NCBI GenBank assembly: GCA_965202585.1
Contig: OZ241834.1
Coordinates: forward strand, 620,001-684,000
Direction: 5' to 3'
DNA: 64,000 bases
Source of the DNA: Thalia democratica
Lineage: Eukaryota
Shown here: piece after piece, positions 39,804 through 52,600 of the stretch
How the letters are laid out: every line of letters starts with the position of its first letter
Position numbering within the stretch: position 1 is the first letter of the stretch
Program-made: the position numbers and the translations under genes
Notes under the pieces: generated by a model
Database searches by the model: none
Seen by the model: only the letters and a program-made list of their open reading frames with translations
Told to the model about the DNA's origin: nothing

Positions 39804-40643
39804 TCATAAAATGTGACTAAAGTATTTAGAAATATTGTTTGTGATTTATAAATGATCTCCATCGAGATAGTTTTCAAAAATGATTCGTCAAAGTTTAAAC
39901 ATCATTTCATGATTCTTTAAAGAGACCAAGCACCTGCCCAGTCTAGCGCGACTCCCATGAATTCTACATCCGTCGGTATGATGTAGTGTTTGCTTATCCA
40001 CTTGTTTACAAGTGGGATGTCGTATTTTCCACTTTGCCGTCGTTGAGGTTTTTGATAATTGAAATTATTGTCCATGGCTATTACTTGGAAATAATGTTGA
40101 TGATCCCAGTGTTGGGAAGCTGAAACACGAAATCAGGTTTTTTTTTTGTTGTGCACATGTTTTTACCTCAAGGTCGTCGTTTTTCCTATTTTTTCTTGCA
40201 GGGGTTTCTAGTAGGTTCCCTCGTGTTCTTAGTAGGGTTTGGTAGTGAAATGGTTTCATCCACCTTTGTGGGTTAAGGACCCATTTGCATATAGAAGATT
40301 TCCAATTGTGTCCATCGATCTATTCGAGGAACTCTTTTTTTTTGTCAAGCTACGTGGGCTTTTACGTGTGAGAATTTTATATTTAAGTTTTGTTTTATCT
40401 GATTGATTCGCATTAATAAATATATATAATTGATATAGTTCGGATGTTTCATCATATTTTTCGGCTCTTCACTTGAGCGCTCCGTCGTACGAGTTGTCAT
40501 CCTCGTCTTTGAATCGGAAGTACCTGTCCAATCTGCGACCAATATGTCATTCATGTTTGGAATGTCCAAATCTCCTTTTGCGACATAACTATTGATTAGG
40601 ATGTTGAAACAGTCGTGTGGTAGGCAAAGCCATTTCCGCACAT
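39804..40643 (-). mobile_element. 3' coding remnant of an R2-clade (restriction-like endonuclease) non-LTR retrotransposon
   Basis: Minus-strand translation across frameshifts, in R2 order: VRKWLCLPHDC...KGDLDIPNM; IGRRL; (W)QKKEFLE.IDG; CKWVLN...YQTLLRTRGNLLETPARKNR...KTC; KPDFV (40140); II..QVIAM...GKYD; ALDWAGAWSL; ISMEII...KYFSHIL* (stop at 39804). These parallel the R2Bm motifs WLRLPADVP, GGLAIP, W...SVDG, KPDII, IVDVQV, K..KY and SWRGVWSL (recalled, not aligned computationally). Confidence 0.85.
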
Positions 40644-43600
40644 ACTTGTTTGTAAATGCCCAAACCTCATTTTTCGACGGATACGTTGATTAGGATGTTG
40701 GGACAATCATGCGGTAGGCGAAGCTATTTCCGCACATACATGTTTGGAATGCCCAAACCTCCTTTTTCGACGGACCCGTTGATTAGGATGTTGGGACAAT
40801 CATGGGTAGGCGAAGCTATTTCCGCACATACTTGTTTGGAATGCCCAAACCTCCTTTTTCGACGGATACGTTGATTAGGATGTTGGGACAATCATGCGGT
40901 AGGCGAAGCTATTTCCGCACATACATGTTTGGAATGCCCAAACCTCCTTTTTCGACGAATACGTTGATTAGGATGTTGGGACAATCATGGGTAGGCGAAG
41001 CTATTTCCGCACATACTTGTTTGGAATGCCCAAACCTCCTTTTTCGACGGATACGTTGATTAGGATGTTGGGACAATCATGGGTAGGCGAAGCTATTTCC
41101 GCACATACTGGTTTGAAATTCCCAAACCTCCTTCTTCGACGAATACGTTGATTAGGATGTTGGGACAATCATGGGTAGGCGAAGCTATTTCCGCACATAC
41201 TTGTTTGGAATGCCAAAACCTCCTTTTTCGACGGATACGTTGATTAGGATGTTGGGACAATCATGGGTAGGCGAAGCTATTTCCGCACATACTTGTTTGG
41301 AATGCCCAAACCTCCTTTTTCGACGGACCCGTTGATTAGGATGTTGGGACAATCATGGGTAGGCGAAGCTATTTCCGCACATACTGGTTTGAAATTCCCA
41401 AACCTCCTTCTTCGACGAATACGTTGATTAGGATGTTGGGACAATCATGGGTAGGCGAAGCTATTTCCGCACATACTTGTTTGGAATGCCCAAACCTCCT
41501 TTTTCGACGGATACGTTGATTAGGATGTTGGGACAATCATGGGTAGGCGAAGCTATTTCCATACATACTGGTTTGAAATTCCCAAACCTCCTTCTTCGAC
41601 GAATACGTTGATTAGGATGTTGGGACAATCATGGGTAGGCGAAGCTATTTCCGCACATACTTGTTTGGAATGCCCAAACCTCCTTTTTCGACGGATACGT
41701 TGATTAGGATGTTGGGACAATCATGGGTAGACGAAGCTATTTCCGCACATACTGGTTTGGAATGCCGAAACCTCATTTTTCGACGGATACGTTGATTAGG
41801 ATGTTGGGACAATCATGCGGTAGGCGAAGCTATTTCCGCACATACTTGTTTGGAATGCCCAAACCTCCTTTTTCGACGGATACGTTGATTAGGATGTTGG
41901 GACAATCATGGGTAGGCGAAGCTATTTCCGCACATACTTGTTTGGAATGCCCAAACCTCCTTTTTCGACGGACCCGTTGATTAGAATGTTGGGACAATCA
42001 TGCGGTAGGCGAAGCTATTTCCGCACATACTTGTTTGGAATGCCCAAACCTCCTTTTTCGACGGACCCGTTGATTAGGATGTTGGGACAATCATGCGGTA
42101 GGCGAAGCTATTTCCGCACATACTTGTTTGGAATGCCCAACATCCTTTTTCGACGGACCCGTTGATTAGGATGTTGGGACAATCATGGGTAGGCAAAGCT
42201 ATTTCCGCACATACTTGTTTGGAATGCCCAAACCTCATTTTTCGACGGATACGTTGATTAGGATGTTGGGACAATCATGAGGTAGGCGAAGCTATTTCCG
42301 CACATACTTGTTTGGAATGCCCAAACCTCATTTTTCGACGGATACGTTGATTAGGATGTTGGGACAATCATGGGTAGGCGAAGCTATTTCCGCACATACT
42401 TGTTTGGAATGCCCAAACCTCATTTTTCGACGGATACGTTGATTAGGATGTTGGGACAATCATGGGTAGGCGAAGCTATTTCCGCACATACTTGTTTGGA
42501 ATGCCCAAACCTCCTTCTTCGACGAATACGTTGATTAGGATGTTGGGACAATCATGGGTAGGCGAAGCTATTTCCGCACATACTTGTTTGGAATGCCCAA
42601 ACCTCCTTTTTCGACGGACCCGTTGATTAGGATGTTGGGACAATCATGGGTAGGCAAAGCTATTTCCGCACATACTTGTTTGGAATGCCCAAACCTCATT
42701 TTTCGACGGATACGTTGATTAGGATGTTGGGACAATCATGAGGTAGGCGAAGCTATTTCCGCACATACTTGTTTGGAATGCCCAAACCTCATTTTTCGAC
42801 GGATACGTTGATTAGGATGTTGGGACAATCATGGGTAGGCGAAGCTATTTCCGCACATACTTGTTTGGAATGCCCAAACCTCATTTTTCGACGGATACGT
42901 TGATTAGGATGTTGGGACAATCATGGGTAGGCAAAGCTATTTCCGCACATACTGGTTTGAAATTCCCAAACCTCCTTCTTCGACGAATACGTTGATTAGG
43001 ATGTTGGGACAATCATGGGTAGGCGAAGCTATTTCCGCACATACTTGTTTGGAATGCCCAAACCTCAATTTTCGACGGATACGTTGATTAGGATGTTGGG
43101 ACAATCATGGGTAGGCGAAGCTATTTCCGCACATACTGGTTTGGAATGCCCAAACCTCCTTTTTCGACGAATACGTTGATTAGGATGTTGGGACAATCAT
43201 GGGTAGGCGAAGCTATTTCCGCACATACTTGTTTGGAATGCCCAAAACTCATTTTTCGACGGATACGTTGATTAGGATGTTGGGACAATCATGCGGTAGG
43301 CGAAGCTATTTCCGCACATACTGGTTTGAAATTCCCAAACCTCCTTCTTCGACGAATACGTTGATTAGGATGTTGGGACAATCATGGGTAGGCGAAGCTA
43401 TTTCCGCACATACTGGTTTGGAATGCCCAAACCTCCTTCTTCGACGAATACGTTGATTAGGATGTTTGGACAATCATGGGTAGGCGAAGCTATTTCCGCA
43501 CATACTGGTTTGGAATGCCCAAACCTCCTTTTTCGACGGACCCGTTGATTAGGATGTTGGGACAATCATGGGTAGGCGAAGCTATTTCCGCACATACTTG

Positions 43601-46600
43601 TTTGAAATTCCCAAAACTCATTTTTCGACGGATACGTTGATTAGGATGTTGGGACAATCATGCGGTAGGCGAAGCTATTTCCGCACATACTTGTTTGGAA
43701 TGCCCAAAACTCATTTTTCGACGGATACGTTGATTAGGATGTTCGGACAATCATGCGGTAGGCGAAGCTATTTCCGCACATACTGGTTTGAAATTCCCAA
43801 ACCTCCTTCTTCGACGAATACGTTGATTAGGATGTTGGGACAATCATGGGTAGGCGAAGCTATTTCCGCACATACTGGTTTGGAATGCCCAAACCTCCTT
43901 CTTCGACGAATACGTTGATTAGGATGTTTGGACAATCATGGGTAGGCGAAGCTATTTCCGCACATACTGGTTTGGAATGCCCAAACCTCCTTTTTCGACG
44001 GACCCGTTGATTAGGATGTTGGGACAATCATGGGTAGGCGAAGCTATTTCCGCACATACTTGTTTGGAATGCCCAAACCTCAATTTTCGACGGATACGTT
44101 GATTAGGATGTTGGGACAATCATGGGTAGGCGAAGCTATTTCCGCACATACTGGTTTGGAATGCCCAAACCTCCTTTTTCGACGAATACGTTGATTAGGA
44201 TGTTGGGACAATCATGGGTAGGCGAAGCTATTTCCGCACATACTTGTTTGGAATGCCCAAAACTCATTTTTCGACGGATACGTTGATTAGGATGTTGGGA
44301 CAATCATGCGGTAGGCGAAGCTATTTCCGCACATACTGGTTTGAAATTCCCAAACCTCCTTCTTCGACGAATACGTTGATTAGGATGTTGGGACAATCAT
44401 GGGTAGGCGAAGCTATTTCCGCACATACTGGTTTGGAATGCCCAAACCTCCTTCTTCGACGAATACGTTGATTAGGATGTTTGGACAATCATGGGTAGGC
44501 GAAGCTATTTCCGCACATACTGGTTTGGAATGCCCAAACCTCCTTTTTCGACGGACCCGTTGATTAGGATGTTGGGACAATCATGGGTAGGCGAAGCTAT
44601 TTCCGCACATACTTGTTTGGAATGCCCAAAACTCATTTTTCGACGGATACGTTGATTAGGATGTTGGGACAATCATGCGGTAGGCGAAGCTATTTCCGCA
44701 CATACTGGTTTGAAATTCCCAAACCTCCTTCTTCGACGAATACGTTGATTAGGATGTTGGGACAATCATGGGTAGGCGAAGCTATTTCCGCACATACTGG
44801 TTTGGAATGCCCAAACCTCCTTCTTCGACGAATACGTTGATTAGGATGTTTGGACAATCATGGGTAGGCGAAGCTATTTCCGCACATACTGGTTTGAAAT
44901 TCCCAAACCTCCTTCTTCGACGAATACGTTGATTAGGATGTTGGGACAATCATGGGTAGGCGAAGCTATTTCCGCACATACTTGTTTGGAATGCCCAAAA
45001 CTCATTTTTCGACGGATACGTTGATTAGGATGTTGGGACAATCATGCGGTAGGCGAAGCTATTTCCGCACATACTGGTTTGAAATTCCCAAACCTCCTTC
45101 TTCGACGAATACGTTGATTAGGATGTTGGGACAATCATGGGTAGGCGAAGCTATTTCCGCACATACTGGTTTGGAATGCCCAAACCTCCTTCTTCGACGA
45201 ATACGTTGATTAGGATGTTTGGACAATCATGGGTAGGCGAAGCTATTTCCGCACATACTGGTTTGGAATGCCCAAACCTCCTTTTTCGACGGACCCGTTG
45301 ATTAGGATGTTGGGACAATCATGGGTAGGCGAAGCTATTTCCGCACATACTGGTTTGAAATTCCCAAACCTCCTTCTTCGACGAATACGTTGATTAGGAT
45401 GTTTGGACAATCATGGGTAGGCGAAGCTATTTCCGCACATACTGGTTTGGAATGCCCAAACCTCCTTTTTCGACGGACCCGTTGATTAGGATGTTGGGAC
45501 AATCATGGGTAGGCGAAGCTATTTCCGCACATACTTGTTTGAAATTCCCAAACCTCCTTTTTCGACGAATACGTTGATTAGGATGTTGGGACAATCATGG
45601 GTAGGCGAAGCTATTTCCGCACATACTTGTTTGGAATGCCCAAACCACATTTTTCGACGGATACGTTGATTAGGATGTTGGGACAATCATGGGTAGGCGA
45701 AGCTATTTCCGCACATACTTGTTTGGAATGCCCAAACCTCATTTTTCGACGGATACGTTGATTAGGATGTTGGGACAATCATGGGTAGGCGAAGCTATTT
45801 CCGCACATACTTGTTTGGAATGCCCAAACCTCATTTTTCGACGGATACGTTGATTAGGATGTTGGGACAATCATGCGGTAGGCGAAGCTATTTCCGCACA
45901 TACTGGTTTGAAATTCCCAAACCTCCTTTTTCGACGAATACGTTGATTAGGATGTTGGGACAATCATGGGTAGGCGAAGCTATTTCCGCACATACTTGTT
46001 TGGAATGCCCAAACCTCCTTTTTCGACGGACACGTTGATTAGGATGTTGGGACAATCATGGGTAGGCGAAGCTATTTCCGCACATACTAGTTTGGAATGC
46101 CGAAACCTCATTTTTCGACGGACCCGTTGATTAGGATGTTGGGACAATCATGGGTAGGCGAAGCTATTTCCGCACATACTAGTTTGGAATGCCCAAACCT
46201 CATTTTTCGACGGACCCGTTGATTAGGATGTTGGGACAATCATGGGTAGGCGAAGCTATTTCCGCACATACTTGTTTGGAATGCCCAAACCTCCTTTTTC
46301 GACGGATACGTTGATTAGGATGTTGGGACAATCATGCGGTAGGCGAAGCTATTTCCGCACATACATGTTTGGAATTCCCAAACCTCCTTTTTCGACGGAT
46401 ACGTTGATTAGGATGTTGGGACAATCATGCGGTAGGCGAAGCTATTTCCGCACATACTGGTTTGAAATTCCCAAACCTCCTTCTTCGACGAATACGTTGA
46501 TTAGGATGTTGGGACAATCATGGGTAGGCGAAGCTATTTCCGCACATACTTGTTTGGAATGCCCAAACCTCCTTTTTCGACGGACCCGTTGATTAGGATG

Positions 46601-49600
46601 TTGGGACAATCATGGGTAGGCGAAGCTATTTCCGCACATACTTGTTTGGAATGCCCAAACCTCCTTTTTCGACGGACCCGTTGATTAGGATGTTGGGACA
46701 ATCATGCGGTAGGCGAAGCTATTTCCGCACATACATGTTTGGAATGCCCAAACCTCCTTTTTCGACGGACCCGTTGATTAGGATGTTGGGACAATCATGG
46801 GTAGGCAAAGCTATTTCCGCACATACTTGTTTGGAATACCCAAACCTCATTTTTCGACGAATACGTTGATTAGGATGTTGGGACAATCATGGGTAGGCGA
46901 AGCTATTTCCGCACATACATGTTTGGAATGCCCAAACCTCATTTTTCGACGAATACGTTGATTAGGATGTTGGGACAATCATGGGTAGGCGAAGCTATTT
47001 CTGCACATACTTGTTTGGAATGCCAAAACCTCCTTTTTCGACGGATACGTTGATTAGGATGTTGGGACAATCATGCGGTAGGCGAAGCTATTTCCGCACA
47101 TACTGGTTTGAAATTCCCAAACCTCCTTCTTCGACGAATACGTTGATTAGGATGTTGGGACAATCATGGGTAGGCGAAGCTATTTCCGCACATACTGGTT
47201 TGGAATGCCCAAACCTCCTTCTTCGACGAATACGTTGATTAGGATGTTTGGACAATCATGGGTAGGCGAAGCTATTTCCGCACATACTGGTTTGGAATGC
47301 CCAAACCTCCTTTTTCGACGGACCCGTTGATTAGGATGTTGGGACAATCATGGGTAGGCGAAGCTATTTCCGCACATACTTGTTTGGAATGCCCAAAACT
47401 CATTTTTCGACGGATACGTTGATTAGGATGTTGGGACAATCATGCGGTAGGCGAAGCTATTTCCGCACATACTGGTTTGAAATTCCCAAACCTCCTTCTT
47501 CGACGAATACGTTGATTAGGATGTTGGGACAATCATGGGTAGGCGAAGCTATTTCCGCACATACTGGTTTGGAATGCCCAAACCTCCTTCTTCGACGAAT
47601 ACGTTGATTAGGATGTTTGGACAATCATGGGTAGGCGAAGCTATTTCCGCACATACTGGTTTGAAATTCCCAAACCTCCTTCTTCGACGAATACGTTGAT
47701 TAGGATGTTGGGACAATCATGGGTAGGCGAAGCTATTTCCGCACATACTTGTTTGGAATGCCCAAAACTCATTTTTCGACGGATACGTTGATTAGGATGT
47801 TGGGACAATCATGCGGTAGGCGAAGCTATTTCCGCACATACTGGTTTGAAATTCCCAAACCTCCTTCTTCGACGAATACGTTGATTAGGATGTTGGGACA
47901 ATCATGGGTAGGCGAAGCTATTTCCGCACATACTGGTTTGGAATGCCCAAACCTCCTTCTTCGACGAATACGTTGATTAGGATGTTTGGACAATCATGGG
48001 TAGGCGAAGCTATTTCCGCACATACTGGTTTGGAATGCCCAAACCTCCTTTTTCGACGGACCCGTTGATTAGGATGTTGGGACAATCATGGGTAGGCGAA
48101 GCTATTTCCGCACATACTGGTTTGAAATTCCCAAACCTCCTTCTTCGACGAATACGTTGATTAGGATGTTTGGACAATCATGGGTAGGCGAAGCTATTTC
48201 CGCACATACTGGTTTGGAATGCCCAAACCTCCTTTTTCGACGGACCCGTTGATTAGGATGTTGGGACAATCATGGGTAGGCGAAGCTATTTCCGCACATA
48301 CTTGTTTGAAATTCCCAAACCTCCTTTTTCGACGAATACGTTGATTAGGATGTTGGGACAATCATGGGTAGGCGAAGCTATTTCCGCACATACTTGTTTG
48401 GAATGCCCAAACCACATTTTTCGACGGATACGTTGATTAGGATGTTGGGACAATCATGGGTAGGCGAAGCTATTTCCGCACATACTTGTTTGGAATGCCC
48501 AAACCTCATTTTTCGACGGATACGTTGATTAGGATGTTGGGACAATCATGGGTAGGCGAAGCTATTTCCGCACATACTTGTTTGGAATGCCCAAACCTCA
48601 TTTTTCGACGGATACGTTGATTAGGATGTTGGGACAATCATGCGGTAGGCGAAGCTATTTCCGCACATACTGGTTTGAAATTCCCAAACCTCCTTTTTCG
48701 ACGAATACGTTGATTAGGATGTTGGGACAATCATGGGTAGGCGAAGCTATTTCCGCACATACTTGTTTGGAATGCCCAAACCTCCTTTTTCGACGGACAC
48801 GTTGATTAGGATGTTGGGACAATCATGGGTAGGCGAAGCTATTTCCGCACATACTAGTTTGGAATGCCGAAACCTCATTTTTCGACGGACCCGTTGATTA
48901 GGATGTTGGGACAATCATGGGTAGGCGAAGCTATTTCCGCACATACTAGTTTGGAATGCCCAAACCTCATTTTTCGACGGACCCGTTGATTAGGATGTTG
49001 GGACAATCATGGGTAGGCGAAGCTATTTCCGCACATACTTGTTTGGAATGCCCAAACCTCCTTTTTCGACGGATACGTTGATTAGGATGTTGGGACAATC
49101 ATGCGGTAGGCGAAGCTATTTCCGCACATACATGTTTGGAATTCCCAAACCTCCTTTTTCGACGGATACGTTGATTAGGATGTTGGGACAATCATGCGGT
49201 AGGCGAAGCTATTTCCGCACATACTGGTTTGAAATTCCCAAACCTCCTTCTTCGACGAATACGTTGATTAGGATGTTGGGACAATCATGGGTAGGCGAAG
49301 CTATTTCCGCACATACTTGTTTGGAATGCCCAAACCTCCTTTTTCGACGGACCCGTTGATTAGGATGTTGGGACAATCATGGGTAGGCGAAGCTATTTCC
49401 GCACATACTTGTTTGGAATGCCCAAACCTCCTTTTTCGACGGACCCGTTGATTAGGATGTTGGGACAATCATGCGGTAGGCGAAGCTATTTCCGCACATA
49501 CATGTTTGGAATGCCCAAACCTCCTTTTTCGACGGACCCGTTGATTAGGATGTTGGGACAATCATGGGTAGGCAAAGCTATTTCCGCACATACTTGTTTG

Positions 49601-52600
49601 GAATACCCAAACCTCATTTTTCGACGAATACGTTGATTAGGATGTTGGGACAATCATGGGTAGGCGAAGCTATTTCCGCACATACATGTTTGGAATGCCC
49701 AAACCTCATTTTTCGACGAATACGTTGATTAGGATGTTGGGACAATCATGGGTAGGCGAAGCTATTTCTGCACATACTTGTTTGGAATGCCAAAACCTCC
49801 TTTTTCGACGGATACGTTGATTAGGATGTTGGGACAATCATGGGTAGGCGAAGCTATTTCCGCACATACTGGTTTGAAATTCCCAAACCTCATTTTTCGA
49901 CGGATACGTTGATTAGGATGTTGGGACAATCATGGGTAGGCGAAGCTATTTCCGCACATGCTTGTTTGGAATGCCCAAACCTCATTTTTCGACGGATACG
50001 TTGATTAGGATGTTGGGACAATCATGGGTAGGCGAAGCTATTTCCGCACATACATGTTTGGAATGCCCAAACCTCCTTTTTCGACGGATACGTTGATTAG
50101 GATGTTGGGACAATCATGGGTAGGCGAAGCTATTTCCGCACATACATGTTTGGAATGCCCAAACCTCCTTTTTCGACGGACCCGTTGATTAGGATGTTGG
50201 GACAATCATGCGGTAGGCAAAGCTATTTCCGCACATACTTGTTTGAAATTCCCAAACCTCCTTTTTCGACGAATACGTTGATTAGGATGTTGGGACAATC
50301 ATGGGTAGGCGAAGCTATTTCCGCACATACTTGTTTGGAATGCCGAAACCTCATTTTTCGACGGACCCGTTGATTAAAATGCTGAGACAATCATGCGGTA
50401 GGCGAAGCTATTTCCGCACATACTTGTTTGGAATGCCCAAACCTCGTTTTTCGACGGATACGTTGATTAGGATGTTGGGACAATCATGGGTAGGCGAAGC
50501 TATTTCCGCACATACTGGTTTGGAATGCCCAAACCTCCTTTTTCGACGGACCCGTTGATTAGGATGTTGAGACAATCATGGGTAGGCGAAGTTATTTCCG
50601 CACATACTTGTTTGGAATGCCCAAACCTCATTTTTCGACGGATACGTTGATTAGGATGTTGGGACAATCATGCGGTAGGCAAAGCTATTTCCGCACATAC
50701 TTGTTTGGAATGCCCAAACCTCGTTTTTCGACGGATACGTTGATTAGGATGTTGGGACAATCATGGGTAGGCGAAGCTATTTCCGCACATACTTGTTTGG
50801 AATGCCGAAACCTCATTTTTCGACGGACCCGTTGATTAGGATGTTGGGACAACCATGGGTAGGCGAAGCTATTTCCGCACATACTTGTTTGGAATGCCGA
50901 AACCTCATTTTTCGACGGACCCGTTGATTAGGATGTTGGGACTATCATGGGTAGGCGAAGCTATTTCCGCACATACTTGTTTGGAATGCCCAAACCTCGT
51001 TTTTCGACGGATACGTTGATTAGGATGTTGGGACAATCATGGGTAGACGAAGCTCTTTCCGCACATACTGGTTTGGAATGCCCAAACCTCCTTTTTCGAC
51101 GGACCCCTTGATTAGGATGTTGGGACAATCATGGGTAGGCGAAGCTATTTCCGCACATACTTGTTTGGAATGCCCAAACCTCATTTTTCGACGAACCCGT
51201 TGATTAGGATGTTGGGACAATCATGCGGTAGGCGAAGCTATTTCCGCACATACTTGTTTGGAATGCCGAAACCTCATTTTTCGACGGATACGTTGATTAG
51301 GATGTTGAGACAATCATGGGTAGGCGAAGCTATTTCCGCACATACTTGTTTGGAATGCCCAAACCTCATTTTTCGACGGATACGTTGATTAGGATGTTGG
51401 GACAATCATGCGGTAGGCAAAGCTATTTCCGCACATACTTGTTTGGAATGCCGAAACCTCATTTTTCGACGGACCCGTTGATTAGGATGTTGGGACAAAC
51501 ATGGGTAGGCGAAGCTATTTCCGCAAATACTTGTTTGGAATGCCGAAACCTCATTTTTCGACGAATACGTTGATTAGGATGTTGGGACAATCATGAGGTA
51601 GGCAAAGCTATTTCCGCACAAACTTGTTTGGAATGCCCAAACCTCATTTTTCGACGGATACGTTGATTAGGATGTTGAGACAATCATGGGTAGGCGAAGC
51701 TATTTCCGAACATACTTGTTTGGAATGCCGAAACCTCATTTTTCGACGGACCCGTTGATTAGGATGTTGGGACAATCATGGGTAGGCGAAGCTATTTCCG
51801 CACATACTGGTTTGGAATGCCCAAACCTCATTTTTCGACGGATACGTTGATTAGGATGTTGGGACAATCATGCGGTAGGCGAAGCTATTTCCGCACATAC
51901 ATGTTAGGAATGCCCAAACCTCCTTCTTCGACGAATACGTTGATTAGGATGTTGGGACAATCATGGGTAGGCAAAGCTATTTCCGCACATACTTGTTTGG
52001 AATGCCTAAACCTCATTTTTCGACGGACACGTTGATTAAAATGTTGGGACAATCATGCGGTAGGCAAAGCTATTTCCGCACATACTTGTTTGGAATGCCC
52101 AAACCTCATTTTTCGACGAATACGTTGATTAGGATGTTGGGACAATCATGGGTAGGCGAAGCTATTTCCGCACATACTTGTTTGGAATGCCGAAACCTCA
52201 TTTTTCGACGGATACGTTGATTAGGATGTTGGGACAATCATGGGTAGGCGAAGCTATTTCCGCACATACTTGTTTGGAATGCCCAAACCTCATTTTTCGA
52301 CGGATACGTTGATTAGGATGTTGGGACAATCATGGGTAGGCGAAGCTATTTCCGCACATACTTGTTTGGAATGCCCAAACCTCCTTTTTCGACGGATACG
52401 TTGATTAGGATGTTGGGACAATCATGCGGTAGGCGAAGCTATTTCCGCACATACTTGTTTGGAATGCCGAAACCTCATTTTTCGACGGATACGTTGATTA
52501 GGATGTTGGGACAATCATGCGGTAGGCGAAGCTATTTCCGCACATACTTGTTTGTAAATGCCCAAACCTCATTTTTCGACGGATACGTTGATTAGGATGT

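Noticed and set aside
40345-40400. RNase H-like motif IKFSHVKAH in ORF 40345-40641
   Set aside because: It sits where R2 proteins have the helix before W...(V/I)DG and is in frame with that motif. No TDGS or other RNase H catalytic motifs are present, so it is treated as coincidence. An HMM search could overturn this.
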